The notes under the pieces were generated by a model. That model did no database searches and was not told the DNA's origin. It saw only the letters and a list, made by a program, of their open reading frames with translations. From assembly GCF_009914755.1 (NCBI RefSeq), contig NC_060939.1: a DNA stretch of 64,000 nucleotides, one strand, 5' to 3'. Of this stretch, positions 44,290 through 58,163 are shown one piece after another. Source of the stretch: the human T2T-CHM13v2.0 reference genome, Homo sapiens. The position numbers and the translations under genes are program-made. The stretch's first letter is position 1; every line of letters begins with the position of its first letter.

Positions 44290-45000
44290 TGACCCCACAG
44301 TAGCTCTTTGGGAAAGCAATGTGGGCATACCCTACCCTGTGCTTCAGCAATTCCACTCCTAGAACAGCTCTTTAAGGAAAGAATCCAAAAACAAAGAAAA
44401 ACTGCTTCAGAGACACAGATGCTCATTGCAGTGCCCCTCATATTGTTAAAAAAAAAAAGTGGGCAAATCCTAAATGTCCAATAGAAAGGGACTGTGTTGA
44501 GTAAATTAGTATACATCCATGTGATGGGATTGTTCACACCGAAGACCTGAAGCTGGCTGGAAAGGGGAGGAGGAGACTTAGGTATTTAATTAATTCTGGA
44601 ACGTTTGAATATTATACACAAGGATTTACATTTGAAGTGCCCCTTTTTTATGTCCTGCATTTCTATATATGCACAGGTGATATGTCCCTGGACTCTTAAT
44701 TCTATTCTATCAATCTGTTTTTTTACTCTTGTGCCAATTTCCATGGTTTTAAAACACTAAAGCTTTAGGATAATTTTTATATCTGGTGGAAAAATTTCCT
44801 CCTCTTTATTCTTCCTTTTCATAACTCTCTTGGTTATCCTTGTATATTTATTCATTCATATAAATTTTAGAGCCAATCTGTCAAATATGAAAAATCTTGT
44901 TAGCATGTTGCTTGGCCTTGAATTTTATAGAGTATTTTGGGGGTGAATGGAAAACTTGATGATATTGACTCATTCCATTGCATTATTTTCAAACATTAAA
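44290..45000. mobile_element. Old L1M fragments (sense about 44290-44540; antisense about 44640-45000)
   Basis: cagcaattccactcctag...cctaaatgtccaatag...tagtatacatccat; antisense ttccatggttttaa...ttcttccttttc...catataaattttag. Confidence 0.65.
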
Positions 45001-48000
45001 AAAATGAATATCAGATATCAGACTGGAAATGGCTTGGGCTATAAAACCAAGACAAAATAACACGGTTTATAATTGTATGCTGTGTGATCACCCCTTAACA
45101 GATGTGGAGGAGGAAATTGAAAGGAAATGCAAAGCTGCAAACAGTGGATTTCTTTGTTCCATTTTTCTATACAATATTTTAATTTTTAAAATATATGCAT
45201 GTCTTTAAAAAGAGGGATATTGGTTAACATGAACATTCCCCGAAGGGAGACTAGCATGAGGATGGGACTCAAATGTGTCCCATCAGGAAAGGCTGGAGGC
45301 CCCAGAGGCAGGAACCTTGGGGAGGGGGAGGCATGGGCCATTCATAGTTTCTCTCTCATTTCTGTATTGGAACCCTGGGTCCAGGCCAGAGGCCCCCGAA
45401 AGGCAGAGTTGAGCAGGAGAAGGCAGTTGAGGAGGGGCTTCCTCACAGACTGAGACCCCGGCCTTCAGTGGCTTGGGCTGCCTGGGGGATCCCTGGGGGT
45501 GCAGGCAGAGTGCATGCATAATGGGGAGTGTCTCCCCTAGGTGCCCAGGTCCAGTCCAGCCTAGGAACCTGTGACTCTCTCTCCAGACACTGAGCTGAGA
45601 AACTCCTCTGCATCCACATGACTTGCTACTTGGGAGTGGATTTGACCATTAGAAGGCCTGTGGTGAGCACTGCTGTGGGGTAGAGGAGAAGAGGTCCAGG
45701 ACAGATCAACTCAACAAACAGCTCAACAATCCACAGCCACATCTACCCAAGAGCAAGCAAAACCCCATCCAGGCAGACCACAGGCAACTGGGCAATAGGA
45801 AACAGCCCCCTAATGACTGATCTCTTCTGTCCCTGTCCAGAAAGTTGGCAATGCCTAGTTTGGCTTCCAAAGGCCCTTCACAAATCATACGTGGGGACTT
45901 GTAGCCTAGGACGTGAACCTGTCAGGTCAGGCTAGACTGGCCTGCTTTTGAAAGTGAGCCCAGTGTGTGTGCATCAGGGAGGCGGCCATTTTCAGGTTAA
46001 GAGTCCTGGTGTCTTGAAAGTGGGCAGTGCTGGCAGTCCCCATCCATTGTATTCTAATGGACCAAGAGACAGATCGGTCTCTCCGTTGTATAGAGGGGGT
46101 TGCTGAGGATCCACGAGAGGGGAAGGGACTTGCCCAAAGCTACATGGCAGGGCAGTGATGCAGCCCACATCAAACCCCGGTCTGTTCACACAATTCCACC
46201 AACAGACTTCCCCTTCACACATGCACACGTTGTGGCTTCAAAGTGGTTGAAACAATAAGGACATTTCCCAAACAGACGCTTCCTTCTCCCATCGGCCAAG
46301 CCCACCCCTCATCCCCACACAGAGGGTAATGCCTCCAGGAGGGCAGTGTCTGCTGTCAGGGGCGACGGCTGTGTCAGTGCAGACAGACAAGATGGATGGG
46401 CCAGTCGTTAATGAGTTAGGGATTCTGACCCGCTTCATGGGCTGGGGGCGAATGGCTGTAATGACCGCTGGGCCAGCCATCCCTGACGACAGGCAGCCCA
46501 ACCACTGCTGTTCTTCATTTGTGCCCCCCCAAAATGACTGTGGCAGGGGAGCCCCCACTGCCCTTAGAAGACCCACTCTCCGCATCCCTGAGGCCCCCAT
46601 GCCAGGCAGGAGCAGAGGCTTCATCAGGAAAAGGCCAAAGGCAGAATCAATAATCGCAGCGTTTCGAGATGGGGAAGGGACAGGAGGTAGGCAAAGGCCT
46701 CGGGCTGGGTATGAGGTCACCTGGGACCAGAAGAGCCTCCTGTTTGGGTGAAGGCAGGAACTCTACCCTCAACACCTGGCAAAGCCAGCTGCTTCCCAGG
46801 ATCTTATTTTTGCTTTTCTCCACCTGGGGGAAGGTAGGACACAGAGTCTGATCAAAGGCCTCAGACAAAGGGTCCCGCCCCATCCCCAGTGGAAGAGGAT
46901 GGATAAGGAACCTGCTAAGCTGTTCAGATCCCAGGGCCTCCCACCTGACTCCGAGAAGCTGCATGGAGGGGGACCAGGCTCCACATGCATGGCGCCTCCA
47001 GCCACCACCGCGCCCTTCTCCTCCCCATTCCTTCCACTCCATCTGCCAGGGTCCCTGGCTCCTGGCCTGGATGAGTAGAGCAGACAAAGGCCTGGGGAGG
47101 GAGGGAAGAGTATGGCTCCTAGACCAGCTGCTGTGTGGACAACAAGCTTGTGAACCTGAGACTGTGCATACAGAGAACCTGCCTGGAAAACCCTCTCATT
47201 CATTGACATCACTGATGCCCACTCTGTGCCATGCCCTGGGCTAGGCCCTGGGCACAGAGAGGAGCAGGACTTGGTCTCCGACTCAGTGCTGCTCTCAGAC
47301 TGGAGGAAGACAGGTTTAGAAATCCTGAGGCTGAGCACTCCGAGGATGGTATGTCAGGGGGTGGGGGCGGGGGCAGAGGCGAGGGTCTGGAGCATCAGGG
47401 ATGTTTCCAGAGTTGGGGACATGAGCTGGGTTTTGAATTGTGAGAGGGAATTTTTGCCAGGCAGACAGAGGGGAGGGCAGTGCAAAGCAAAAGAAGTATA
47501 CAAGGGCCTGTGGTTTCGGGGGGCAAATAGGGATGAGGGGTGGGAGGGAGGGAATGAGACAAAGTGGGATGGAGGGACCCAAATCACAAAGGCCTTTGAG
47601 GCCAGGGAGAGGACTCATTTCTGAAGCTGGGGCCACTGCAGAAGGGTTTTAGGCAGAAAAGACTGTAGACCGGAAGACCGGGAGCAGGGGTGGAGAGGAC
47701 TGTGGAGATGGCCCTGGAGAGCCGCAGCAGCTGATGGGGCGAAGAGGTGTGGGTCCCGTGAGGACAGTGAAGGCCCAGCTCCTGCAGTGGTCTCAGGGCC
47801 GTTTGTGTGCGTCGTGCGGGTGCCCCACAAGATCAGCCCTGCTGGGGCGCTGAGGGAGGTGCAGAGGCAGCTTGCGACAGTCCTCCACGGTAGATCCCTG
47901 AGACCGAGGGTGTGCCCAGACAGCCCCACTGCCTTTGTTCCCCACCACACGACCTCCAACAGCTGCAGCACCACGCGGGGAACCCACTACATTCCCGGCC

Positions 48001-48269
48001 TGCACTCTGTCTTAGGGAGAAGTGCCCTGCCTTCATTCCCTATAGTAATAACTACCAAGCAAATGCAGGAACACAGCTGGAAGAATAAAATAGTTTTGTT
48101 TCTAAACTCTGTTGCAGAAAAATCCCCCAGCTGGGAGTCAGCAGCCCTACAGTCTGCCCCTGCTCTGACTGTACTTCTAGGCAAGTTCCTTTTCCTCTTG
48201 GGGCCTCAGTTTCTCCATCTGTATATGAGAGATGTAAGCCCTCCCAGCTCTGAGTTCCATTTCTTTTTT

Positions 48270-48416
48270 CTTTTTTCTTTCTTTATTTATTTTTTGTTGT
48301 TTTGTGAGATGGCATCCTGTCGCCCAGGCTGTAGTGCAGGGGCACAATCACAGCTCACTGCAGCCCTGACATCCCCAGGCTCAGGCAATCCTCCCACCTC
48401 AGCCTCCTGAGTAGCT
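48270..48416 (-). mobile_element. Partial Alu (right arm)
   Basis: gtcgcccaggctgtagtgcag...ctcccacctcagcctcctgagtagct. Confidence 0.85.
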
Positions 48417-49228
48417 CCATTTCTTAAATGTGCATAGAACTCTGTGGCTTCCCCAGCACCCCCATCACCCTGTGAGCCTAAAAGAATAGGTGTTACCGGG
48501 CCTGTGTGTAGATGTTAAAATTGAAGCCTGATGACCTACTCAAGGTCAGGAAGCATGCTGGCAGCAGCGACCAGACCAAGACCCCAGGTCCTGCTCCCTG
48601 GCCCCAGGCCTTTCCCTCAGAGCCAAGGTGGGTCCCTGGTTTGCGCTGGTGGGAAGGTGCTCAGTGATTGGTTTGCTTGTGTGTATTTGATCTAAGTGAG
48701 GGTGGGGTGAAGTCGTGCCTTCCCTTGGGGTCATTCCCTGCTCCCTGTGAACAACTGACCTGAATCAGGCCTCTTGTCTTGGGGGGCCTTCCTCAAAGGC
48801 CTGTTAGGTAACTGCTGGGCCTGCAGTCCAAACGCAAGGTGAAAACGTGGTTTGATTCTCCACCCTGGGTGCTGTAGAAGGGAAGTGATCCGTGTCCAGG
48901 CCCAACAGCAATCCTGGATGTGCACACTGGGTGGGACTTGGGGGGTTAAGCTGCCAGGCGGCTGTCTCTGCCCGAGATGCTGTCACGCAGAGGGGGGCAG
49001 GGACTGCTCAGCTGAGGTAACAATACAGCCCATGAATCATATTTACAAACACCCCAGAGAGCAGGAAAGGGACGCTAATTAAATATTCACATCCTGCAGG
49101 CCTCGGGGAGCCATGAAGATGACGACATGATCGCAGCTCAGCAGGAAGCTCGGTGCTGCCGGAATGTGGGGAGGCCATCCGTCTCATTCAGCGGCCCGGC
49201 AGGCCTTATTATGATGATGAATTTTCAA

Positions 49229-49293
49229 GTTATCAGCACAAATGCAATCACCATCATAGGCCAAGATAACCCTCTTCATCACTCACAGCCCAG
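49229..49293 (+). repeat. 65-bp dispersed direct repeat, copy 1
   Basis: 62/65 identical to 51688-51752. Confidence 0.95.
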
Positions 49294-51194
49294 TCTGGGA
49301 CAGCCTCAGGAGGAAAAGGGGGGCACGGAGCTTGTCACTGGGGGGCAGAGGGAGAAGCAAGCCCCTGCCCCCAGCTCTCAAGCTCAAAGGCCTTCCTGAG
49401 CTGAGGCCATTTGGCCTGACAACCCGGCCTGGTGGAGGCCTGAGGCTTGGGGCCCCTCAGGTGGGGCTCTTGGGGCTCACCCAGCTGCCACATTGATCGG
49501 GAGAGAGAATGGGTTCCCCTGGACATCTGGGAAGGCTGAGGCAGCTGTCCTGCCCATCCATCCCCAGGAGGAGTTGTCTCTGGCTCCTGCAGAAGCCCGG
49601 GGCTTCTATGGACCACACGCCCCACATCCGTCAATCTCGATTAAGGAGGGCCTCAGGGAGCTGGGGGCTTCTCCAGCCACTGCAGCATTGTCCTGGAGAT
49701 GCCTGGCCTGGGGATGAGGGGGAAGGAGGTGGGCGTGACTCCCATCTGAAAAACCATTAATCCCGAAATGGTGATTGAGCACCCGTGACGAGCTGGCATT
49801 GTGCTGTGTCCTGCACGTGCCGCACAAAGGGCAGCAAGAGGTGATTGATCAGGGATGAATGAGTGTCTCTTTCTTTATGGACTTTCAAAGGCACCATTTG
49901 GCATCCTGAGCAGGATGATCGATGAGAGGCAGCTGACCCCCCTGTGGCCACCTCCAGGCAGCAGGTGGATAGGAGAGCCCACGTGGGGGACGGTTGGAGG
50001 GCCTCCCAGTCATGTGCCTGCTCTGTTAGCAAGAATCGGGGTATCCACCATCGAAGGCCCTTCCCGTTGCAGGGCTGTTGGCCATCAATTTACTTCCTCC
50101 TTTTGCACTGAAAGAGAAGCTGGAACAATTGCCACGTTTTCTGATAAATTATAGCCACCCGTTCCCCAGCCTTGCAGCCCAGAAGATCCCAGCACATGTA
50201 TAAATCACACTAATGAAAGCTGAGGTTGTCATTTTCGAGAGCAGGCGTTTATTCAGTAAACCTTTATGGAGTGCCTGCTAGGTACCCGGGCCCACGCTGA
50301 GGGCTGGGCACACGGAGACAAATCAAACCTGCTCTCAGCATGAAAACGCTCACAGGACAGTGGGGACAGGCAGAGGTCCACACCAGGCAGAGCCCCACAC
50401 CAGGCAGACCCCCACAAAAGGGTGTCATGAGGTAGCCTGGTGCCAGGAGTCTGGACTTTGGAACCAGCTGCACTACCTCCTAGCTGTGTGGCCTTGGGCC
50501 AGTGCCTCAACCTCTCTGAGCTTTAGTTCCCTCATCCGAAAAGCAGCCATGAGGACAAGTATCTCACTGGATGGTTGTAAAGATTAAATGACAATGCAGC
50601 CCCGTGCTTGGCACCTTCTGGAGGGGGCTCAATAAATGGAGAGTCCTGGCCTAGAGATGACCCCCCCCACCCCGCAACCCCACTGTGGAGATAAGCCACT
50701 GGGGCTGTAGGAGGGCAGAGGCAGAAATGCTCACTCTGCCAAGGGGCGAGAGGGGAAGGCTTCCCAGAGCAGGTGATGCTGACGGGAGTCTTCAAGAATT
50801 AGCGAAAAGTGAGGGGTGCTGGGGAGAGAAAGGGATACTGGGAAAGGCAGACAGACTGAGAAAGAATGTATGGAAGATGGAGAGTGCTGAGAGGGAAGAG
50901 CTGGGAAGTAGGGAGGAGCCACGGTGTGCCTGCAAGGCAGAGCACTGAGATACAGCAGCAGGGGCAGGCGGGAGTTTCCAACCACATTGCACTAACTACA
51001 TGGAGAATGAACTCCTCTTTTGCAATGGTTCTGGCTGGGGCTGGGAGTGAGGGTAGAGAGGGGCTGGATTCAGAAAGAAGCATCCTTGGGCACTGGGATG
51101 GAGAGGAGAGGGCGGCTGAGCCATGGGAAGGGCCAGCTTGACCACAGCGGAACGAACCAGACATGGCCACGCAGAGAGGCCCAGTGTCTGTTCC

Positions 51195-51950
51195 AGAGAA
51201 CACATGTGCCCTTAGATACAAGCTCACAGGCAGAGAGATTCACAGACATACACAGAGACATTCGGATCATTCCAGAGCATGCAGAGACAAACACATGGAG
51301 ACTGATGCACATAGGCATACATGGACACAACATAGAGGACACATGTGCAAGGAGCTGGCTACAGAGAGACACGCAGGAGAGGCACATGACCAATGTGCAA
51401 AGCTGATACACGACACACACTCTGAGGAAATGCATGCAGAACACACACCCACAGTGTGCAGACATATGCGAGAACACACAGAAGAGGTGCACACAAAGAG
51501 AACCACAGAGCGTGACTACCCTGGGAAGATGGGGACCAACTTTCCCAGTTTCTCATTTTACCACTGAAAAGTCCCATGTCCTGGGAACACTTCTCAGTCC
51601 CAGGCAAACTGGGACAGTTGGTCACCCTAACTCAGAGACACACAGCCACACAGATAGCACCAACACCCAGGGGTCTGCGCACACAATGTTATCAGCACAA
51701 ATGCGGTCACCATCATAGGCCAGGATAACCCTCTTCATCACTCACAGCCCAGGCGGGGGCACACTCTTCATGTATCCAAGGCCTTAGACACCTGGAGAGA
51801 CACACCGAGGAACACACAGAACAGAGGCATAGACACAAGGCAGGCAGACACACCCACTGCATTCCATCCCAGAGCCCAAGCTCTCACACACACACACACA
51901 CACAAGCCCAGACACAGACACACAAAGGCTGCCACACACATCCACAGAGC
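51195..51950 (+). repeat. Degenerate CA/GA-rich low-complexity tract including (CA)10 at 51885-51904
   Basis: Recurrent acaca/cagag/acatg words. Confidence 0.7.
51688..51752 (+). repeat. 65-bp dispersed direct repeat, copy 2
   Basis: 62/65 identical to 49229-49293 (offset 2459). Confidence 0.95.
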
Positions 51951-52389
51951 AAAAAAACGCCAAAATTCAAACCACTAAAACAAACAAAAGGCAAACCAAT
52001 TTTAGAAAGGGTAAAAGCAGCCTTTTGAATCAGTGGGCTCACGGGATATGGTCTTGTTTAGATGTTAAAGATCTAAACAAGATGTTAAAGTGGAGGAATG
52101 GGAGTGAGCAGACTATGGCAAGGGCACAGGGTACACTGGCAGGGGTCCCATGGCTGGGATGTCCGCTAGCAAGGGCACATTCTCCAGCTTGACTCTGCTG
52201 GTTAATGTCACTATTCACAGCCATGTCTGCAGGGGAATGTCCTGAACAACTCACTCCCATGAAGCTGAAAACACCTTCCATTTCACAGGGCCATGGAGGG
52301 GGCTGAGTGAGTAAAATGTGGGAAGCACCAGGCATGATGCCAGGCACACAGGACATTATGCTCAAGGCGCCGGAGCTATTAAGACATAG

Positions 52390-52990
52390 GTCTACAACCC
52401 CTTTTCTGAAATTCTGAACATTCTGAAAACAAAACATTTCTTCCTGTTGGGGGCAAAACCAGAGCAGAACTGACATGAGGCCATTTCTTTATTATACAAT
52501 TTCACATGAAGATTCACATGTTTTTCTGAGATAATAGTAAGGTGTTTAATTATGGAGTATCACATTAGTTTTGAAAATCTGCAAACCAGGCTGGGTGCAG
52601 TGGCTCATGCCTGTAATCCCAGCACTTTGGGAGGCTTAGGCAGGTGAATCACTTGAGGTCAGGAGTTCAAGACCAGCCCAGCCAACATAGCAAAACCCTG
52701 TCTCTGCCAAAAATGCAAAAGTTAGCCAGGCATGGTGGTGTGCACCTATGGTCCTAGCTACTTGGGAGGCTGAGGTGGGAGGATCACTTGAACCCAAGAG
52801 GCGCAATTTGCAGTGAGCTTAGATGGTGCCACCGCACTTCAGCCTGGGTGACAGAGCTAAACTCTGTCTCAAAAAACAAAACAAAACAAAACAAACAAAA
52901 AACAAAAACAAAGAAAAGAAAATCTGCAAACCCAGAATTCTGAAACACATCTGGCCCCAAAGGATTCGAATTAGGAACTGTGGATCTGTG
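52390..52990. mobile_element. MER46C/Tigger-like remnant interrupted by a sense Alu (52589-52910)
   Basis: Alu TSD gaaaatctgcaaacc at 52573-52587 and 52918-52932. Confidence 0.7.
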
Positions 52991-53205
52991 AGTACGTGGA
53001 CACATTTGCATTCAGGTAGATAGTATGCAGTTGCGTGTGCATACATGGACGGTATAACATAGGCATCACCCTCCACAGTACACAAAGCAAGAACATCTGT
53101 CCAACCTAGGCATGGCCCTTAACAGTATACTTCAACATACATTATTTCATGTTATCCTTCCAGGTTTGTAGTAGGCCAGTAGGTGTTAATATTTCCTCCA
53201 ATTCA

Positions 53206-53949
<744 letters not shown>

Positions 53950-54739
53950 TTACTCTATACTCTCTCAACTACTTAGTGAAAAAGATGGAAGTAAATAGAA
54001 AGCAACTTCAACCTCAAGTCCAACATTTGAGCCCTAAAAGCACCAGCTAATCATCAGTGACTAATGACCCCAGCACAGGGGGAGGGTTATTACATCTGGG
54101 AGCAGGGTCCTACCTCTGTTTCCTCTGCCAGTCCCTTCCTGGTTTCCAAGAAGGAATAGTTTCCCTTCAGCCTTCATTAGAACCATCTGGGTCTCAGAGT
54201 CAGCTGCAGCCTGTCTGCCTTTTCTAAAGTTCATCCGAATTGGGTACATCCTGAATTTCACAATAGGGACTCAAAGTCAGCCCAGGGCTTTCAAGCCATG
54301 ACTCTTTTAATGACACATGAGGACACATGCTCCAAGGGACAGACTATACCACTGACTTTGATCAACAAAGTGCTCCAAAGTGGGACTCAAACACCCACTC
54401 ACAAGTCCCAGCTCTGCCAAGAAGAACCATGGGACCTTGGGTAAGTCACTTAACATCTTTGGGCATTGGGTACAATTTCAAGTACCTCCCAGAACCTACA
54501 GAACACTTAAGAACTTAAATACTACTAAGGACTAGAAGCATTCTTAATCATCCACACAGGGCTCTGACCATGGTTTTCACTGGTCAGGGTCATCTGTACA
54601 GGCCCTTCCCCAGACAGCCTGAGTTATTTGGGTGGTGGGGGGTGGATGTGGGCAGTTCTTTCTGGACCCATAGCTCTAGTTTTGCTATTTGCTATAAAGG
54701 TTTTCTGGTGGGAAGGGGAGTTGGTGTAAATACCCACAG

Positions 54740-55050
54740 TAGACCAGCAGTCCCCAAATGTGGTTGTGCATTACAATCACCTGGGAAGCTTTTCGAACTG
54801 TGATGTCCAAGCTCCACCCTAGAATAATCACATCATCGTCTCTGAAGGTACCCAGGCATTAGCATCACTAGAATCCCCAGGTGCTTCCAGTGTGCAGCGA
54901 CGTTTAAGATCCAGTGCATCTCAAACTTGAATGTAGTATGAATCACCTGGGGACCTTGTTAGAATGCAGATTCTGATTCAGCAAGTCAGCTTGGGGACTG
55001 GGGTTCTGCATTTTAACAAGCTCCCAGGTGATTCTGATGCTGCTGGTCCA
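54740..55050. mobile_element. Two MER5A-like elements
   Basis: aatcacctggg...agaatgcagattctgattcag...tctgcattttaacaagctcccaggtgattctgatgc. Confidence 0.75.
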
Positions 55051-55445
55051 CAGACCATAGGGCCCAGACAATCAGGAAGTCTGTTCCAGCTCAGACCCTC
55101 CACAGAGCTTACTCCCTCCCAAGGACTGACTGGTACTCCCAGGTTCAAACCTCCCCAACAAGATGAAGGGCCAGCTGCCAGCTCCCAACCAGGCTCACAT
55201 GGGTTCTTCTGTTCCTCCTGCAGCTGGAGTGAACCAGGTTATGCTGGGGCTAGTCACAGAGCCCCTCACAGTAGGACAGACAGGCAGAGTGAAATGGCAG
55301 AGGCTCTACCTCCATGGCCCAAGGGGGAAGCAGGGCACAGGCAAGGGTGGTAAATGGGGCAGGGGCAAGGGGAACTTGGAGGAGGGGTAGGGAAGAAGCC
55401 TAGAGGAGGGCACCCTCAATTGGCATTTCCTCCTGGCTTGCCAGG

Positions 55446-55860
55446 GATTGCATATTGGTTTGCTATCAAATCACCACAACCTGGGCGGCTTAAACAATAG
55501 AAAATTATTGTCTCACAGTTCTGGAGGCCAGAAGTTCAAAGTCAAGGTGTCAGCAGGATTGATTCCTTCTGAGGGCTGTGAGGGAAGGCTCTTGTTCCAG
55601 GCCTCTCTCCTTGGCTTGCAGATGGCCGTGTTCTCCCTGCCTCTTTTCACATCATCTTTCTTCCAAGTGTCTCTGGGACCAGATTTCCCCTTATAAGGAC
55701 AGCAATCATATTGGATTAGAGTCTATCTACCCTGACGACCTCATTTTGATTTGATTACCTCTATAGAGACCCTATCTCAAATAAGGTCCCAGTCTGAGGT
55801 ACTGGGGATTAGGAGTCCAACATGTGAATTTGCAGGGGGAAACCATCCAATTCATAACAG
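55446..55860 (-). mobile_element. MLT1 (MaLR) LTR
   Basis: ggcttaaacaatagaaattattgtctcacagttctggaggccagaagt...aaggtgtcagcagg...ctgaggtactgggg. Confidence 0.8.
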
Positions 55861-56251
55861 ATTGTGATATAGGAGGTCAGCCCCAAGTTAGCAGATCATT
55901 TGTTTTTCAAGAGAAGCCAGAAATCTGGATTGACACGAAATCTGATTTTTGACATTGGTGGGGTGTATCGTTTTAGAGAAACACTGTGGACCTCACAAAA
56001 CTCTTTTGCACTCAACGTCTGCACCTGGGCTGCTCACCTTTCCTGCCTTGCAGCAGTAATGCCCTGTGACAGGCTGCAGCACCCTCTGGCAGGTGTGGCA
56101 GTCTCCCTGGCTTCCTCCTTGCTGCCCTTACAGGTCAGTTCCCAGCTCCCCGCTTGCCCCACTGCACCCTAGGATCCAGGCTCCCTCCATCTCTTGCACT
56201 TCCCTGCCTTTCCCACTGCCAGGTCTATGCTCTTGCTGTTTCCTCTGTCCG

Positions 56252-56337
56252 AAGCACTTGCCTGGCAAACTCTAAATCTTTGAGCTTTAGCTCTAAAGCA
56301 CTTGCCTGGCAAACTCTAAATCTTTGAGCTTTAGCTC
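56252..56337 (+). repeat. Perfect 42-bp tandem duplication with a TA spacer
   Basis: aagcacttgcctggcaaactctaaatctttgagctttagctc at 56252-56293 and 56296-56337. Confidence 0.97.
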
Positions 56338-57477
56338 AAGGGCCACCCCTTCTCTGGGTGGAAGGCCACCCCTTCCTGGACTGCCCCTGGCATAGTCATT
56401 CCTTCCTTCCTGCTCTTAAGCATCTCAGATTACTCCTTCATCGTTGTGCCTGCCACAGGGTGATGATGTGGCACTGTGGACGTTCGAACCAGCCTCACTT
56501 ATCAGCTTCTAGGAGGCTCAGACTCTCAACTGAGACAATCATGGATTCAAATCCTGGCTCTGACTATTACTTCTCTGTGACCTTGGGTAGGTCAGTTCAC
56601 CTCTGACCCTCATTTTCTAAGTCTATAAAATGGATATAATAACAAAACCCATAGAGTTATTTGATTACAGGGCCTGGAACGTAGTAAGTGCTCAATAAAT
56701 GTTTGATGAATGAGTGTAACAGTCACTTAAAGGAGAAGCCAGAGTTCCCATTTAAGGGTAGGTGGGCAGGCCAGGACTGAGTTGAGCCTAGATTCTAAAA
56801 AGCAGCTGTTTGGTCTTTTGTTTTCACATCTATTAATTCATTTTACCTTTTGAAGCAGGCATGGTTGGTATTTTCACTTCCATTTTATTAATACACAGGA
56901 AGAAACCGAGGTTCACAGTAGTTGTGACCTGCTCCAAGTTGTACAGCCACTCAGTGGCAATCCAGGACTACAGCCCAGGCGGACAGAGCAATAGATCTGC
57001 CACAAGCCTTTCTCCTGGCCCTGCTTTTAAGCAGAGTTGTTCTCATTAGCCTTCAGGTGGTCAGACGTCCCAGGCCCTGGTAAGCCCAGGCACCCCTTCT
57101 CTGGGCCTCCAGGTCCCCTTCTGTACAATAAACGAACAGCATAAATCTGGGGCCAGCCTACCTGGGCCCACCTCCCAGCTCTGACTCCCATTAGCTGAGT
57201 GAGCTTGGCATGGTACCTCACGCCTTGTGCTTCAGTCTCCTCATCTAGAAATGAGTACCCACTTCACAGGACAGTGGTAAGGAATAAATGAATGAATACT
57301 CATGGAGCACTTGCCACAGTGCCTGGCACATAGTGAAAGCTCGATAAATGCTAGCTATTTGTTTTTATTCTACTAAGAGACTCCATGATCCACAGGACTC
57401 CTTCAATCCTGGTGCTGTCTCCCTCTGACTCCCAGTCCAGTGCTCCTTCCACTCCATTAACCTAAAAGAAACCCACC

Positions 57478-58163
<686 letters not shown>

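Noticed and set aside
43954-44356. ORFs with HSFI repeats; possible CRISPR-like array
   Set aside because: They are the translation of the (TGAA)n microsatellite. There are no unique spacers and no cas genes, and the DNA is eukaryotic.
43611-51752. All five mismatches in the two dispersed copies are A/G, suggesting ADAR-edited RNA templates
   Set aside because: Transitions dominate neutral change. The recalled L1 consensus (atatgga) suggests G is ancestral at 43639, and one site is a CpG. Direction cannot be set without outgroups.
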